This document shows, one piece after another, positions 1-11,591 of a DNA stretch of 32,000 nucleotides. This DNA comes from Ureaplasma parvum serovar 3 str. ATCC 27815. GTDB lineage: Bacteria > Bacillota_I > Bacilli_A > Mycoplasmatales > Mycoplasmoidaceae. The DNA is taken from contig NC_010503.1 in the NCBI RefSeq assembly GCF_000019345.1, positions 570,001 through 602,000 on the forward strand, given 5' to 3'. The number at the start of each line of letters is the position of its first letter. Position 1 is the first letter of the stretch. The notes under the pieces are model-generated. The model ran no database searches and was not told the origin of the DNA. It saw only the letters and a list, made by a program, of their open reading frames with translations. A program made the translations under genes and the position numbers.

Positions 1-2858
1 ACGTTAGAAACTGCTGGTGCTTTTAAAACAAGCTTACGAGCTTGATCGACACCATCATTAATTGCACTAACATCTTTGTTAATACTATTTCTATCTAATA
101 TTGTTTTGTTTGGATATTCATTTAAATCTACAATCTTATCAAAATCATAGATTTTGTTAGGATCAAATAAATTATTGTTTGGATTAACAATAACTTTTCC
201 CTTATCATCAGTTTTGATTGGAACATGAATTTCATTGTTATTTTTATCTTTATAAACAGCAGTTAAATCTTTATTTTTTTGATCTGGTATTTTAAACTCA
301 TGCTTATTATCAGCATTAACATTACCATTTTTTTGTTTATTAACTATTCGATCTAATGGTGAAATTTCATCAATATTAGCAACTTTTTTATTATCAGCTT
401 CAATTTTTGTTAGTGTATATTTATGATCTGGTGCAAAAATTGCATCATCACTTGTTTTAAAAATAGCTTTTCCATCTAAACCAATACTAGCTTCAACCGT
501 TTTTGTATTAGTATTATTATCATCGGTTTTAAATGTTAATTTAATTTTTTTATTTGCTAAACTAGGATTTGAAAAACTAATTTCATAATCATCATTTTCT
601 TTAGTTTTAGCAGTTATTGTTGGTTTTTTAAATGAAATATGATTATCACCACTTAATTGCTCTTCACTAATTAGATCAATATTTGGTTGATTATTTTGTT
701 TTAAAACGACTTTTTTAAGTGTGTATATATTAGGTTTAGTTGGGTCATTATTTGCTAAATTTTTTGTTGGAATAATAACCTTGCCATTAGCATCAATACT
801 TACATCTATCTCATGTTCTATACCATCTTGATCAACAACAATTCCTTTGACATTTGCATTATTTAAAGCTTTTTGTTTTAAATCATCATTTAAATCATTT
901 GCTAATTGAGTGTGAATTTCTAAATTTCCATCATTATCGTACGTAAAATCTGGATGTGAATCTAATAAATTCAAATCTCGTTTATCAATTATTTTATCTT
1001 TTAGTTCAAAATCATTAAGATTAATGACTTTATTTAAATCGTTATTTTCAACTTTAGCTAAATGATAAATATATCCTTTTGGTAAATCATTACTATCAAA
1101 AATAATTTTATTATTTTGATCCACATTAGCAACTACTTTATATTCTTTATCATTATTATCAACAAAAGTTGCTACTAATTTCTGATTAATTAAATCATTA
1201 TTTAAATTTTCTAAAATTTGGGTTTTTTTAGTTGAATCAACACTTGCATTAGCAGCTGGCTTTTTAATTAATTGTTTTTGTTTTGAAGTTAAATCAAAAT
1301 TTGAAACCAAAACATTTTGTGGGTTTGAAACTGAAACAATTTTGTCTAGTGAATAATTACTGTTATTATTTAATGCACCTGTATCAAATGCTATGGTTCC
1401 ATCTTTTTTAACTTTTGCTAAAATTTGGTGTTCTTGATTATTTTGATCTTTAAAAATTCCATATACTTGTTGGTTAACATAATATGGCGCTACTTTAGCA
1501 ATTAAATTAATATCACCATTTTTTGTATATTGATATGGGGTATTTAATGCGTTTGAATTTAAATTATTAATTGATCGATTATGGTATGGAATCTGTTTAA
1601 GATTAACAACATCAACTTCATTAGTTTTTTTAATACCAATAACTTCATATAAATTATTATCACCTAAAGATGAAATATCAAAAACAGCTCGTCCTTTTTC
1701 ATCTGTTTTTGCATTAATTTTATATGTTTGATGATTTAGATCTTCTAAGGTAAGTTCAAGAGGAGTGTTTTTTAATTGAACACCTAAATCAACTTCATAT
1801 ACTTTTTTGTTATCAATAAAATTAACTTTAGCTTTTGTTGGTTTATTTACACTAACTTTATGTTCAAGCATTAATTCATTATTTGGCACTAAAACATCAT
1901 TTAATTCATTATTGTTAACAATTCGGTTTAATTCATATTTGTGATTTAAAGGTAGTTTTTTAGTATTAAAATACCCAACATTATTTTTTACACTCAACGC
2001 TGGTATTAAATATTCTTTATTATTTTCATCTTTAAAAACTGCTGTTGGCAAGGCTTGGTTTTTAGTTTTATTTGTTAAATCAACTTTTAAAACAAGATTA
2101 CCTTCATTATCATAAGTATGTGTTTTATCAATTTTTTTAAACTGTTCATCAATATCATTAACATTTACAACTTTTGTTAATGGATTTGAATCTTTTAAAA
2201 TTAGATCTTTTAAATAATAAACATTGCCATCTTTTAAACTACTTGTATCAATATCAATTTTTTGATCTAATCCAACATGTGCTTCAATACTATAAACTTC
2301 ATTATTTTGATTTACAAATTTTGCGACTAAAATTTTATTAGCAAGTATTTTATTTACCTTTAATTGAATGTGCTTTTCGTTTTTTTGATCCTCATATACA
2401 TTAGTTGGAACTGGTTTTAAAACTTCAATTTTCTGTTCAGGTTTTAGCTTCTCATTTTCACGAACAATGTTATTATTTAAATCAATAATTCGATTTAGCT
2501 TATATTTACCTGTTTTTGGTAAATACTTAGTATCAAATTCAAATTTTGCATAAGAATCAATTTGAGTTTTTATTTTATATTCTTGATTGTTTTCATCAAC
2601 AAAAACACCATAAACATCTTTGTTAATATAAGTTTTTGGTAATTGACCTTTAATGATTAAGTCACCATCATCATTAAAACTATAAAAATCATTATTACTT
2701 AATTCATTATTGTTTTTTGAATGTAAAACAATCCCAATAATTGCTCCTGCTCACGCTAAATTTAGCGTTGCAAGCAATAAGAAAAGACGTTGCTTACGAC
2801 TTTTTTTATTATTATCGTTTTTTATTGTTTGGATTTTTTTACTTTTTTTATTATTCAT
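1..2858 (-). CDS. Large membrane-anchored repeat surface protein (DUF1410-like / Ureaplasma-type repeats); C-terminus beyond window
   Basis: Minus-strand ORF starting MNNKKSKKIQTIKNDNNKKSRKQRLFLLLATLNLAWAGAIIGIVLHSKNN, in the same frame at the window start; RBS AAAGGAAG upstream; hydrophobic N-terminal anchor without a lipobox; repeated (V/A)(F/T)xDxNNxEYxIxA...FDTxxLxxNxxYxLxKI units. Confidence 0.85.
200..2620 (-). repeat. Degenerate tandem protein repeats, period about 97-100 aa (~290-300 bp), about nine units
   Basis: Recurring motif: GVFVDENNQEYKI, AKFVNQNNEVYSI, AVFKDENNKEYLI, TLEDLNHQTYKI, GIFKDQNNQEHQI, ATFVDNNDKEYKV, GIVVDQDGIEHEI, TFKTDDNNTNTKTV, AVYKDKNNNEIHV. Confidence 0.65.
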
Positions 2859-2939
2859 AAACGCTTCCTTTATGTACTATAAAAAATACTATTTTATAGC
2901 ATTAATAACTGCAACTAAAAATGCTCATAAAATGATAGC

Positions 2940-2972
2940 AAAAAAAAAAAAAAAAGACCATTGATTGGCCTT
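2940..2972 (-). terminator. Rho-independent terminator of the 3085-6396 gene with unusually long T15 tract
   Basis: Minus strand reads AAAGGCCA-ATCAA-TGGTCTTT (8 bp stem with one G-U) running straight into a 15 nt T tract. Confidence 0.75.
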
Positions 2973-3084
2973 TGTACTTATAAAACCCACTAAAACGTAT
3001 ACAAATTTTAGTAAAATGAAAAAACTTAAATTTTTATAAAAACTAGTTTGTGTAAAATCTTTGTGTAAAATATACTCTCATATC

Positions 3085-6000
3085 TTAGTTTACTTTAGGA
3101 ATTTTATGACCATTAATTTTAATACTCTTTAAAAATTGTGTAGAGATCTGATTTGAATCAAGATTTGAGCATATATCTTTTAAATCATTTAATCAATAAC
3201 AATTTTCATTAGTTAGTGTAATTTCAACACTTTTATTATTATTTTTATTAATTTTTGCAACTATTTTTGACTCTAAAGTATCCCCATCGCTATTGTTATA
3301 TACATAATTTAATTCAATATTACATTCTTTATCTTGGGATAAATTACTTAAAAATATATCTTGATCAAAAGTAATATTAATTTTTGGATCAGATCCATTA
3401 ACTTCATATTTAATATTATCTACTTTTCATTTTAAATTGGGATTTAAGATTCCAGGAAAATTAAAATAGCGTTGGTTATCTACTCAAGTTAAATCTAAAT
3501 TTTTATCATTCAATTGAATTGAATTAATTCGATATTTAATATCAGGCTTTAAATATTTTAATTCAAATTCAATTGTTTGGTGCTCATAGTCGATTTTTAA
3601 TTGGTTATGAGCATTTAAATCAATACATTCTTGTTGGTTGTTTTCATCTTCTAACACTAATGACATTTTATGGGCGTTTTTATCTTTAAAGATGAAATCG
3701 CTAAAATGCAACTTGAATTTAATGTTTTTTTGTTGTTGGTTAATTTCATGATCAATTTTATCTAAGTAAAATTGATCAAAGCCGTAATCTAAAGTTTTAA
3801 AAGTCTTATTATTGATATTTTTTAAATTAATCTGTTGCTTATCAATAAAAAGTTCACTAATTTCATAATCAGTATTAATGTTTAAGTTATCTAATTTAGT
3901 TGAGATTTGGTGTGTTTTTTTATCAAAATAAAAATCTGTTTTAAATAAATACAACAGCTTGTTTGTTTTTTTATTTTTTAAAATAACATCAACTCTTTTT
4001 GGCATATTTATAACTGCTTGGTTTAGTGTTAATTTTAAAGTACTATTTGTATTTTTAATATCATTAAATTCTAAATTTAATAATAAATGTGGAGATGATT
4101 CATTAAGTGTTTTAACTGTAATATTATTAGTTAAATAATTGTCATCATCTATTTCAAAAGAAATAAGTTTAAATGTTTGATTTTTATCTAAAGCAAAAAG
4201 ATGTAAAATAATGTTTTTTGTTGCATTAAGTTGAGTAGTTTCTGATTTTGATAAGTTTTTAACAAACTTATATTTATTATGATTTTCATCTTCTAAAGTA
4301 TATTTTATTTTATGCTCAATACTATCAGCATATTGATTGTCTTGTAAATCAACATTTAGATCGGTTGAAGTTGATTTTGTATTTGTGAATGAAAAAACAG
4401 CTTTTTTGAACTCATTTGTTTTAAATTTAAGAAATGAAAGATCCAAGTGAAATGGATGAGAATCAAAAAAATCTCCTATATAAACATTTACATTAAAATT
4501 ATCACTATGGTAATTACCATCAACATCTTCTAAGATAAAACTTACAAATTCATAATTAATATGATTATCTAAATTTAATAATTTAATTTTAATTGTTTTT
4601 TGATCTTCATCAATACTCATGAAGCAATTTTTATCTTCAAAACTAAACTCCTTATATGCTCATTCATTTGGATTATTTAATGGATGATATCTTAATTTAA
4701 TTTTGGGTTTTAAAGAATTTTCTTTTCTTAAAAGTAATTTTTCACATTTAATATTAATAATCGCACTATTTTTAGTAATATCCGAAATGAAAAGGTGTTC
4801 TTTATAATCTTTTTTTACTTCTTTTGATCTTTCATTATCATCTTTTTTAGAAACTGATAAATATCAAAACCAACTATTAAAAGCACTATAGTAAGAATTA
4901 TAGAATGATTTATCTTTAAAAATTTCAATACTTGATCGATCAGGACGTATTTTAAATGTTTTGTTAATAGGTCCATAATATCCACCTGCATAGTCATCAT
5001 CATTAGGGAAAGATACTGGTTTACCGTTTAGTAAAATATTATCAATTTCATAAGTTTTGTCAACATCTAAACCATTAATTACAGCAGTTAATAAACGTTC
5101 TTGTTCATCGTATTTAACTTCTGAGAATTCAATTGGGTTTTGATCATTTTCTTTTCTAATTAAAAATTTAAAATTATGAATATTAGGATTGTAGAAAGCA
5201 AGATCTTCAGATAATTTTACTTTAATTGTAACTGCTTTTGTAATTTTATCAACAGCTGTTTCATAATCAATAGCTTCAACTTTAGCATAATCGCCTTTTG
5301 TTGTAAAATCATGTGTTTGATTATTTAAATTTAAAACTTGATCATTAATCTTAATTTGTTTAATATCATAATGAGTTCCTCTTTCTAATTCATCAACATA
5401 AACAATAATTCTCTTGTTTAATTTATCAATAAAAAAATGCTTCTTATTAAGCTCTAATTGACCTTTTTTATAAACTCTATTATATGCTAAACTAATGTGG
5501 ATATTATTTAAAGCTTCATCACTATCATCTTTTATTTTTAACTCTTTAAAATTTAAAGTTAAATTAGCACCATTATCATTAATCTTTGTAATTTCTAGAT
5601 TTTTTAAAAGATTATCACTATCATCAAGGGTTTTAAAAGTGTGGTTTGGAATTGAAGTTAATTGAATTTTTTGATTATTAAAATTAAGTTTATCTAATAA
5701 ATATTCACAATCAGATGTTAAATTATAAACGGTAGCATCAATTTCATTTTTTTGCTTATTGAAAACAGCATCACTAGTAATGATTTGGTGATTAGTTTTT
5801 TTGATAATTTTTAAACTAAAATTATGAATAGCATCGTCTTTAAAAGAAACTGTTTTTAACTTAATCTTTATATCAACTTGGTTTTGTTTAATATTTGTAA
5901 ACGAAATATTATTAATTTCTAAATGATCAATCTTTGGTGTATTAGGAAGTGATGGTTGTAAATTTAAATCTTCATTAATATCTTGTTCGATAAAATTTAA

Positions 6001-6396
6001 ATTATGATCAAAAATTAAATGTAGTGCAGGAAATGCATCATTTGAAAAATTAGTGATAAAATGATCATTAATTTTTGGTTTACGAGCTAGTCTTAAATAA
6101 ATTTTGTTATTAATAATCAAAGGATGAATATTTTCTAAACGGTCAACTTTTTTATTTAACAATGGATTAAAAAGATTGGTGTTTAAAGTTAAATTCTTAT
6201 AAATACCTTGCGAAGTATTTAGTTCATTAACTTCATAAACAACATAATAATGGTCACTCTTGGTATGAATTATATCTTTCATTAAAACATTAACATTTAA
6301 CTTTGATTTATTGCTACAAGATGCAAGTGCTGTAGCAACAATAGGAACTAAAGCAGCTGTAAATAAAAATAATAACTTTTTCTTAATTAATTTCAT
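3085..6396 (-). CDS. Large lipoprotein, DUF1410-like repeat family (1103 aa)
   Basis: MKLIKKKLLFLFTAALVPIVATALASC... signal peptide with lipobox; AAGGA RBS; ORF-track pieces 4864-6396 and 3484-4620 are in the same frame, joined by UGA(Trp); TAA stop at 3085-3087. Confidence 0.88.
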
Positions 6397-6446
6397 AATT
6401 TTATATCCTTAATAATAACTAATTTTACACAAAACAATACGACATC

Positions 6447-6475
6447 ATTATAACCCATAAACATCAATTCAAAAA
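6447..6475 (-). promoter_or_regulatory. Candidate promoter of the 3085-6396 lipoprotein gene: TATAAT -10, 17 nt spacer, T-rich -35 at edge of poly-T tract
   Basis: Minus strand TTTTTG-AATTGATGTTTATGGGT-TATAAT (forward ATTATA at 6447-6452, CAAAAA at 6470-6475). Confidence 0.5.
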
Positions 6476-6520
6476 AAAAAAAAAAACACTGCTTTTAATA
6501 CCTTAATAAAAGCGGTGTTT
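6471..6520 (-). terminator. Hairpin followed on minus strand by T16 tract; possible terminator for antisense read-through, directly upstream of the lipoprotein promoter
   Basis: Forward AAACACTGCTTTTA (6484-6497) / TAAAAGCGGTGTTT (6507-6520), 14 bp stem with one wobble; forward poly-A16 at 6471-6486. Confidence 0.6.
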
Positions 6521-6666
6521 AAATAAGTGAATAAATAAAAAATAATTGAATTTAGATTATTAAAAAAGCATATGCACATATAGTAAAATAATAAATAAAG
6601 TGCTGATCAAAAGCCAGAATTGTTTATTTTTGGTTTTAAAGTTTAGTTAATAAGTGGTGGTTAATT

Positions 6667-7830
6667 ATGATGTTAATAATTAATATTGGTAGTAGTAGTT
6701 GAAAATTTTGCTTGTTTGATATGAATTTAAAACAAATATTTAGTGGCAAAATTCGCTTAGACGTTAGCCCACACCAACTAAAATATATCTTTGATAAAAA
6801 TGAATATGTTTATTTACTTGATGATGATCACAACAATCACGTTGATTTAATCATTAAATTTTTAATTAACAAAAAAATTATTAAAAAATTAGAAGATATC
6901 ACTTATTTTGGAATTCGAGCTGTTTATGTTAAAAATTTTTATGGAGCAAGTGCTTTTTTAAATAATGAAATTTATAATGATCTTAACCAACACACAGATT
7001 TATGTCCTATTCACAACCAAAATACTATCATGTTAATTAATGACATTAAGCATTTAAACACCTCTGCAAAAATTATTATTATTTTTGATAATTGGTTTCA
7101 TCGTAGTATTAATAAAAATAAATACACTATTGCTATTGATCAAACAATAGCAATAAAACATAAAATTCGTAAATATGGTTTTCATGGAATTTCTTTTAGT
7201 TATAGTAATAAAATAATGCAAAATTATTTAGGAAAACAAGATGTTAATTTAATTATTTTACACTTAGGTTCTGGATCGTCAGTTTGTGCAATTAAAAATG
7301 GAAAATCATTTGATACCTCAATGTCTTACTCTCCTCTTTCAGGAATTATTATGAATACAAGAAGTGGTGATATAGACCCTAGTGTTTTACTTACTTTAAA
7401 AAAAGTAAAAAACCAATCACTGAAGCAATTGATCTTATTTTTAAATCAGCAATCAGGTCTTTATGGATTAACAAAACATCATAGTATTAGTGAAGTTGCT
7501 AATAATTTGCACAATAAAAATAATGAACTTGCCCTTGAGATGTACACTGATAGCATTGTTGATTATTTTATTAAGTATTTAAACCATTTACAAAAGATTG
7601 ATGCAATTGTATTTTCGGGAGGAATTAGTGAATTTGAGCATCTTGTTTTAGAAAAAATTATTAGTAAAATTCATCTAATAAACCTTGAAATTAACGATCA
7701 TTTAATACTAACAAACACGTTAAATAAAATTTCAACATCTAAATCACAAATTCCTATATATTTATGTTTAGTGAATGAAGAGCACGAAATTGCTTATGAA
7801 ATGCTAAATTTAATTAATAAGACAAAATAA
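6667..7830 (+). CDS. ackA: Acetate kinase (divergent)
   Basis: MMLIINIGSSSWKFCLFDM..., CPIHNQ, KYGFHGISFSY, LHLGSGSSVCAIKNGKSFDTSMSYSPLSGIIMNTRSGDIDP, FSGGISE, VNEEHEIA: acetate kinase signature motifs. One in-frame UGA (Trp) explains the truncated start in the ORF track. Confidence 0.9.
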
Positions 7831-7833
7831 AAA

Positions 7834-9951
7834 TTATTCATGATAGTCAGCACTATGAATAATAGAAAAATACTTATCTAATGATTTGTTAAATTCAATA
7901 TTTTGATTATTTACTTTAACATCAACAAAATCATAAACAATTTGGTCCTCAATATTTTCAAATTTTGCTATTAAAGTTTTCTTATTTACATCATATTCCA
8001 AAGTTTTTGGGCTTATCAGATTAGTAGTGTATCCTGTTCGTTTTTTAATTGTAAATGTAAAATTATTAGATGAAGTGGGATTTGTGGGAATATTATCAAA
8101 TTTTAATTTGATTGTTGTTAATTTAGTTTCTTTATTATAAGATTTACTAATTTCATTTACATTAAATTTAGTTTTATAATCACTATTTTTAGTATCAAAA
8201 TCAAGCGGGATATTAAAAGGATGGTTATGATGATTTGTATTTTTTTTTAAAAATTCAGGTTTGTTTAATAATTGTTTATTTTTATAATCATTAATAACAA
8301 AGTCAATAACTTCATATGATTTATTTGATTCTAAATCATTAATTGTTACATTCAATATGTGGTTATGAACCAAACCCTCAACAGTATTATTAGTAGTATC
8401 AATACTATTAGATGATGGTTTTAGTCTATATTTGACACTAACTTTATCACCATCAACTAAATCAAAATCATCTTCTAAATGAAACTCTAATTTAGCGGAT
8501 TTATCGGTTGAACTATAAGAAATCTTTTTGATTTTAATTTTTGCTTGAGGTGTATTAAAACTACCATTTAATCCTTGAGTATTTACTTCTAAAGCTTGTT
8601 TTTCACTAAAATCTTGTAGATCATCAAAAACTAGTTTAGAAAAAGTGTATTTTCGGTTTGATAAAACTTTATCGAAACTAAATTCGTACTCTTTTTTTGT
8701 GGGATCAAATAAAACAGGTTTTGATACAATGATGTTATTTGCATTATCCATGTATACTAATTTTAAATATTTATTTTTTAAATAATTAACGTTATTTTCA
8801 AAATATAATTTAATCTTAACACTCAAATTTTCATCATTAAATCAAAAATCACTGCTTTCATGTTCTAAGTTCTCTAATCTTTGAACAGTAGTTAATTTTG
8901 TAGAGGTTAAAATATTTAAATCTAAATTAGCTAATGATATTGGCTGTCCATTAAGAGTTAATGAATTTAATGAGTATTTTGTACTAGTTTGTAAACCCGT
9001 TAAATTAAATGATAAGGTCTTTTTAGAGTTATTGTAAACATAATTTTCAAAACTAAAAGTATTTGATGGTTGGTGTGCTGAAACTAATTTTAAAACAAAT
9101 TTTTGATTATTTAAATCACCTAACTTATTATCTTTAAAATAAAAAATCAATTTTGCACTAGTATCATAAATTTCTTTTTCAATTTTGGTGATGTTTAAAT
9201 CTTTAATAATCGGGTTTGAGTTTTGCTTATTAGTATTAGATAATACTAAATTTTGGTTACTAAAAACTAACTCTTTATTATTTAAAACAATCCTATGAAT
9301 TTGGTATTTAGCGTTGTTTTCTAATTGAGTAAAATTAAATGTTATCGATGGCGAATTTGGTTGATAATTAAACTTAAATTTTGTAATTTGTTGGGTTTGT
9401 AAATTTAATAAACTAATCTCAAAAATATTTTGGTTTTCGTTCGCTAAAAAATATTTTGTAAATTCTAAATTTAAATCAGCACTATTATTAGTAATATTTT
9501 TTCAATCAATTTTTTTTATACTAAATTGATCTACATTTTCTTGTGTTAATGTACTTGTTATAAAATCTAGTTTAGTTATTAGCTGTTTTTGATTATTAAT
9601 TAATAAATCTACTAATTCATAACCCATATTTGGTTTTAATTCATTAATAATTAATTTATTAAGATCATTATCCTTAACTAATTTTAAATTATTAATTGTT
9701 TTTAAATCACCAGTTGCTTTTTCTTTTAAAACAACACTGTATGAATGTGATGCTAAAACTGCACTACCTTCTAAAAATAACTCAATACTATTAGTAGTTG
9801 TTTTAAATTTTTTTATTTTAAAAAGCACTTGTTTATCATCAACCTTACTTTTTGATTTAGTGCATGCACCAATTAAGCAAGATAAACCAATAATTAAAGT
9901 ACTACAAGTTAAAATTGTAATTATTTTAGTTAAATGTTTTTTAGTTATCAT
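7834..9951 (-). CDS. Lipoprotein, DUF1410-like repeat family (705 aa)
   Basis: MITKKHLTKIITILTCSTLIIGLSCLIGACTKSKSK... lipobox; AAGGA RBS; three ORF-track pieces in one frame with no TAA/TAG between them; repeats ending in LxxNxxYxLxxIxxNxQ-type motifs. Confidence 0.86.
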
Positions 9952-9984
9952 CTTTTATAAATCCTTTTTTGAAATTATCTATTA

Positions 9985-10003
9985 AAAAGCAAATTGAGCT
10001 TTT
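9985..10003 (-). terminator. Weak candidate terminator downstream of the nuclease gene
   Basis: AAAAGC/GCTTTT 6 bp stem, 7 nt loop, short T run on the minus strand. Confidence 0.3.
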
Positions 10004-10135
10004 ATATCATACAATAAATAATCTATTTTTAAAACTTTATTGTTAATCTACGATAAATTTAAAAAGGTACTTGGATGTTAAGTATAATAACTTTTGTGCT
10101 CTTTTTTTATAAATTTATGTATTTAAATCTCTTTA

Positions 10136-11440
10136 TTAATTTTCATCAATAATATCATTTTCATCGATTTTAATATTAACAGCAACTAAAGTATGATCTG
10201 AGATAATAGAAGTAGCTTTTTTAATGTATACATCATTTGATTTTGCTATTTCATCCCAATTATCAACAATATTTTGCATTTGTTGATTACTTAAAGAACG
10301 AAAATAGGTTTTTAAAAAAGCTAATTTTCAGTTTTTATCTAATAATGTATTTGTTAAAGAAACTGATCATAAATCATACTTATAAGTATTTAAAACTTTA
10401 ATTGATGGTGAAGTAAAAATTTTGTCATAGTGTTGTGCGTATTTTAAATAAGTTTTTGCTAATGTAGTTTTGTTATTTTCATTATCATCCTTAAAATTGG
10501 ATAAATAATTACGTTTATAAAGTGAAGCAAAGGCTCCTAATTCGTTTTTTGTTTTAATATTAGTATCACCAACAAAAATTAAATCATCATTATTTCCATC
10601 TAATCTATCAATATAGTCCATCACATTTCCTAATTGATATGCCTCATTTAATTCCTTTGAGCCTTGTTTAATATTAATTTTTAAATTTTTATTACCATAA
10701 GTATGATCATGTTTGCTAGTTTTATGTTCGTTTGCTCCTGGTGAATCTAAATGACTAGCGACAATTGTAAAATTAAATTTGTTATCTAAAGTTTGAAATT
10801 CATAGGCATAAGGCGGACGTGAATAAGTAATTTTAGTATTATCATTCCAGTTCTTAAAATATTGTTCAAACAAAATATCTTTATTATCATTGTTTTTGTA
10901 AATATATTCTTGAACTGGTTTTATTATATTAGCTTTATAAAAGAAGCCAATTCGTTCAGTTTGTGATTCATTGCCTTTTGAAAATAAGTTTTTTGATAGC
11001 ACATAATTTCAATTAGCTGTTTGATCAAATTGATTTTTGTGTAAATTTAATTCTTTTAAGATGGCACGCATTGGTAAATCATCGTGTTCATTATTTTTTG
11101 CACTATTAATTTCTGTTAAAGCAATTACATCAACATTACTTTTTAGAATCACCTTTGCTAAAGCTTCATTTTTTAACTGGTTTATTCCACCTTGATTTAA
11201 AACATTTCAATGACCTACACAAATTGTTTTTTGGTTTAAAAATGATCTTGTTGAGTTAGGTTGTTCTTTTAAAGAATTATTATTATTTTGAATTATATAA
11301 CTATCATTATTTACACTTGTATCATTCTTTTTTTTATTTTTTAAATAAAAAACAACGCCAATAACTGCACTTGCTATTAAAATGATTAACAACGTTAACG
11401 AAATAGTAATTACTCATTTCCGGCTTTTATTATTCTTCAT
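10136..11440 (-). CDS. Membrane-anchored endonuclease/exonuclease/phosphatase-family nuclease (434 aa)
   Basis: MKNNKSRKWVITISLTLLIILIASAVIGVVFYLKNKKK (TM anchor), then GHWNVLNQGG, ALTEINA, SHLDSPGANEHK, FVGDTNIK and ISDHTLVAVNI, matching EEP-family metal-binding/catalytic motifs. AAGGA RBS. Confidence 0.82.
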
Positions 11441-11591
11441 AAATTTCCTTAATTTTGTTCATAGTTATTAAATTTTAAACAATAATTTAATCCTTTTTTA
11501 ATCTTTTAAACAAGGCAAAGCAAATGAATAATATAGAATTCATTTATTTATTTATTTATAAAAAATAAGTTTTTTTAAAAAAATTTTATCG

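Noticed and set aside
2710-2964. Plus-strand ORF of 84 aa from the ORF track
   Set aside because: Antisense to the N-terminus of the 1-2858 gene and ends in poly-Lys translated from the poly-A tract; no homology-like features.
4815-5003. Minus-strand 62 aa ORF
   Set aside because: Alternative frame inside the 3085-6396 lipoprotein gene, which is continuous in code 4.
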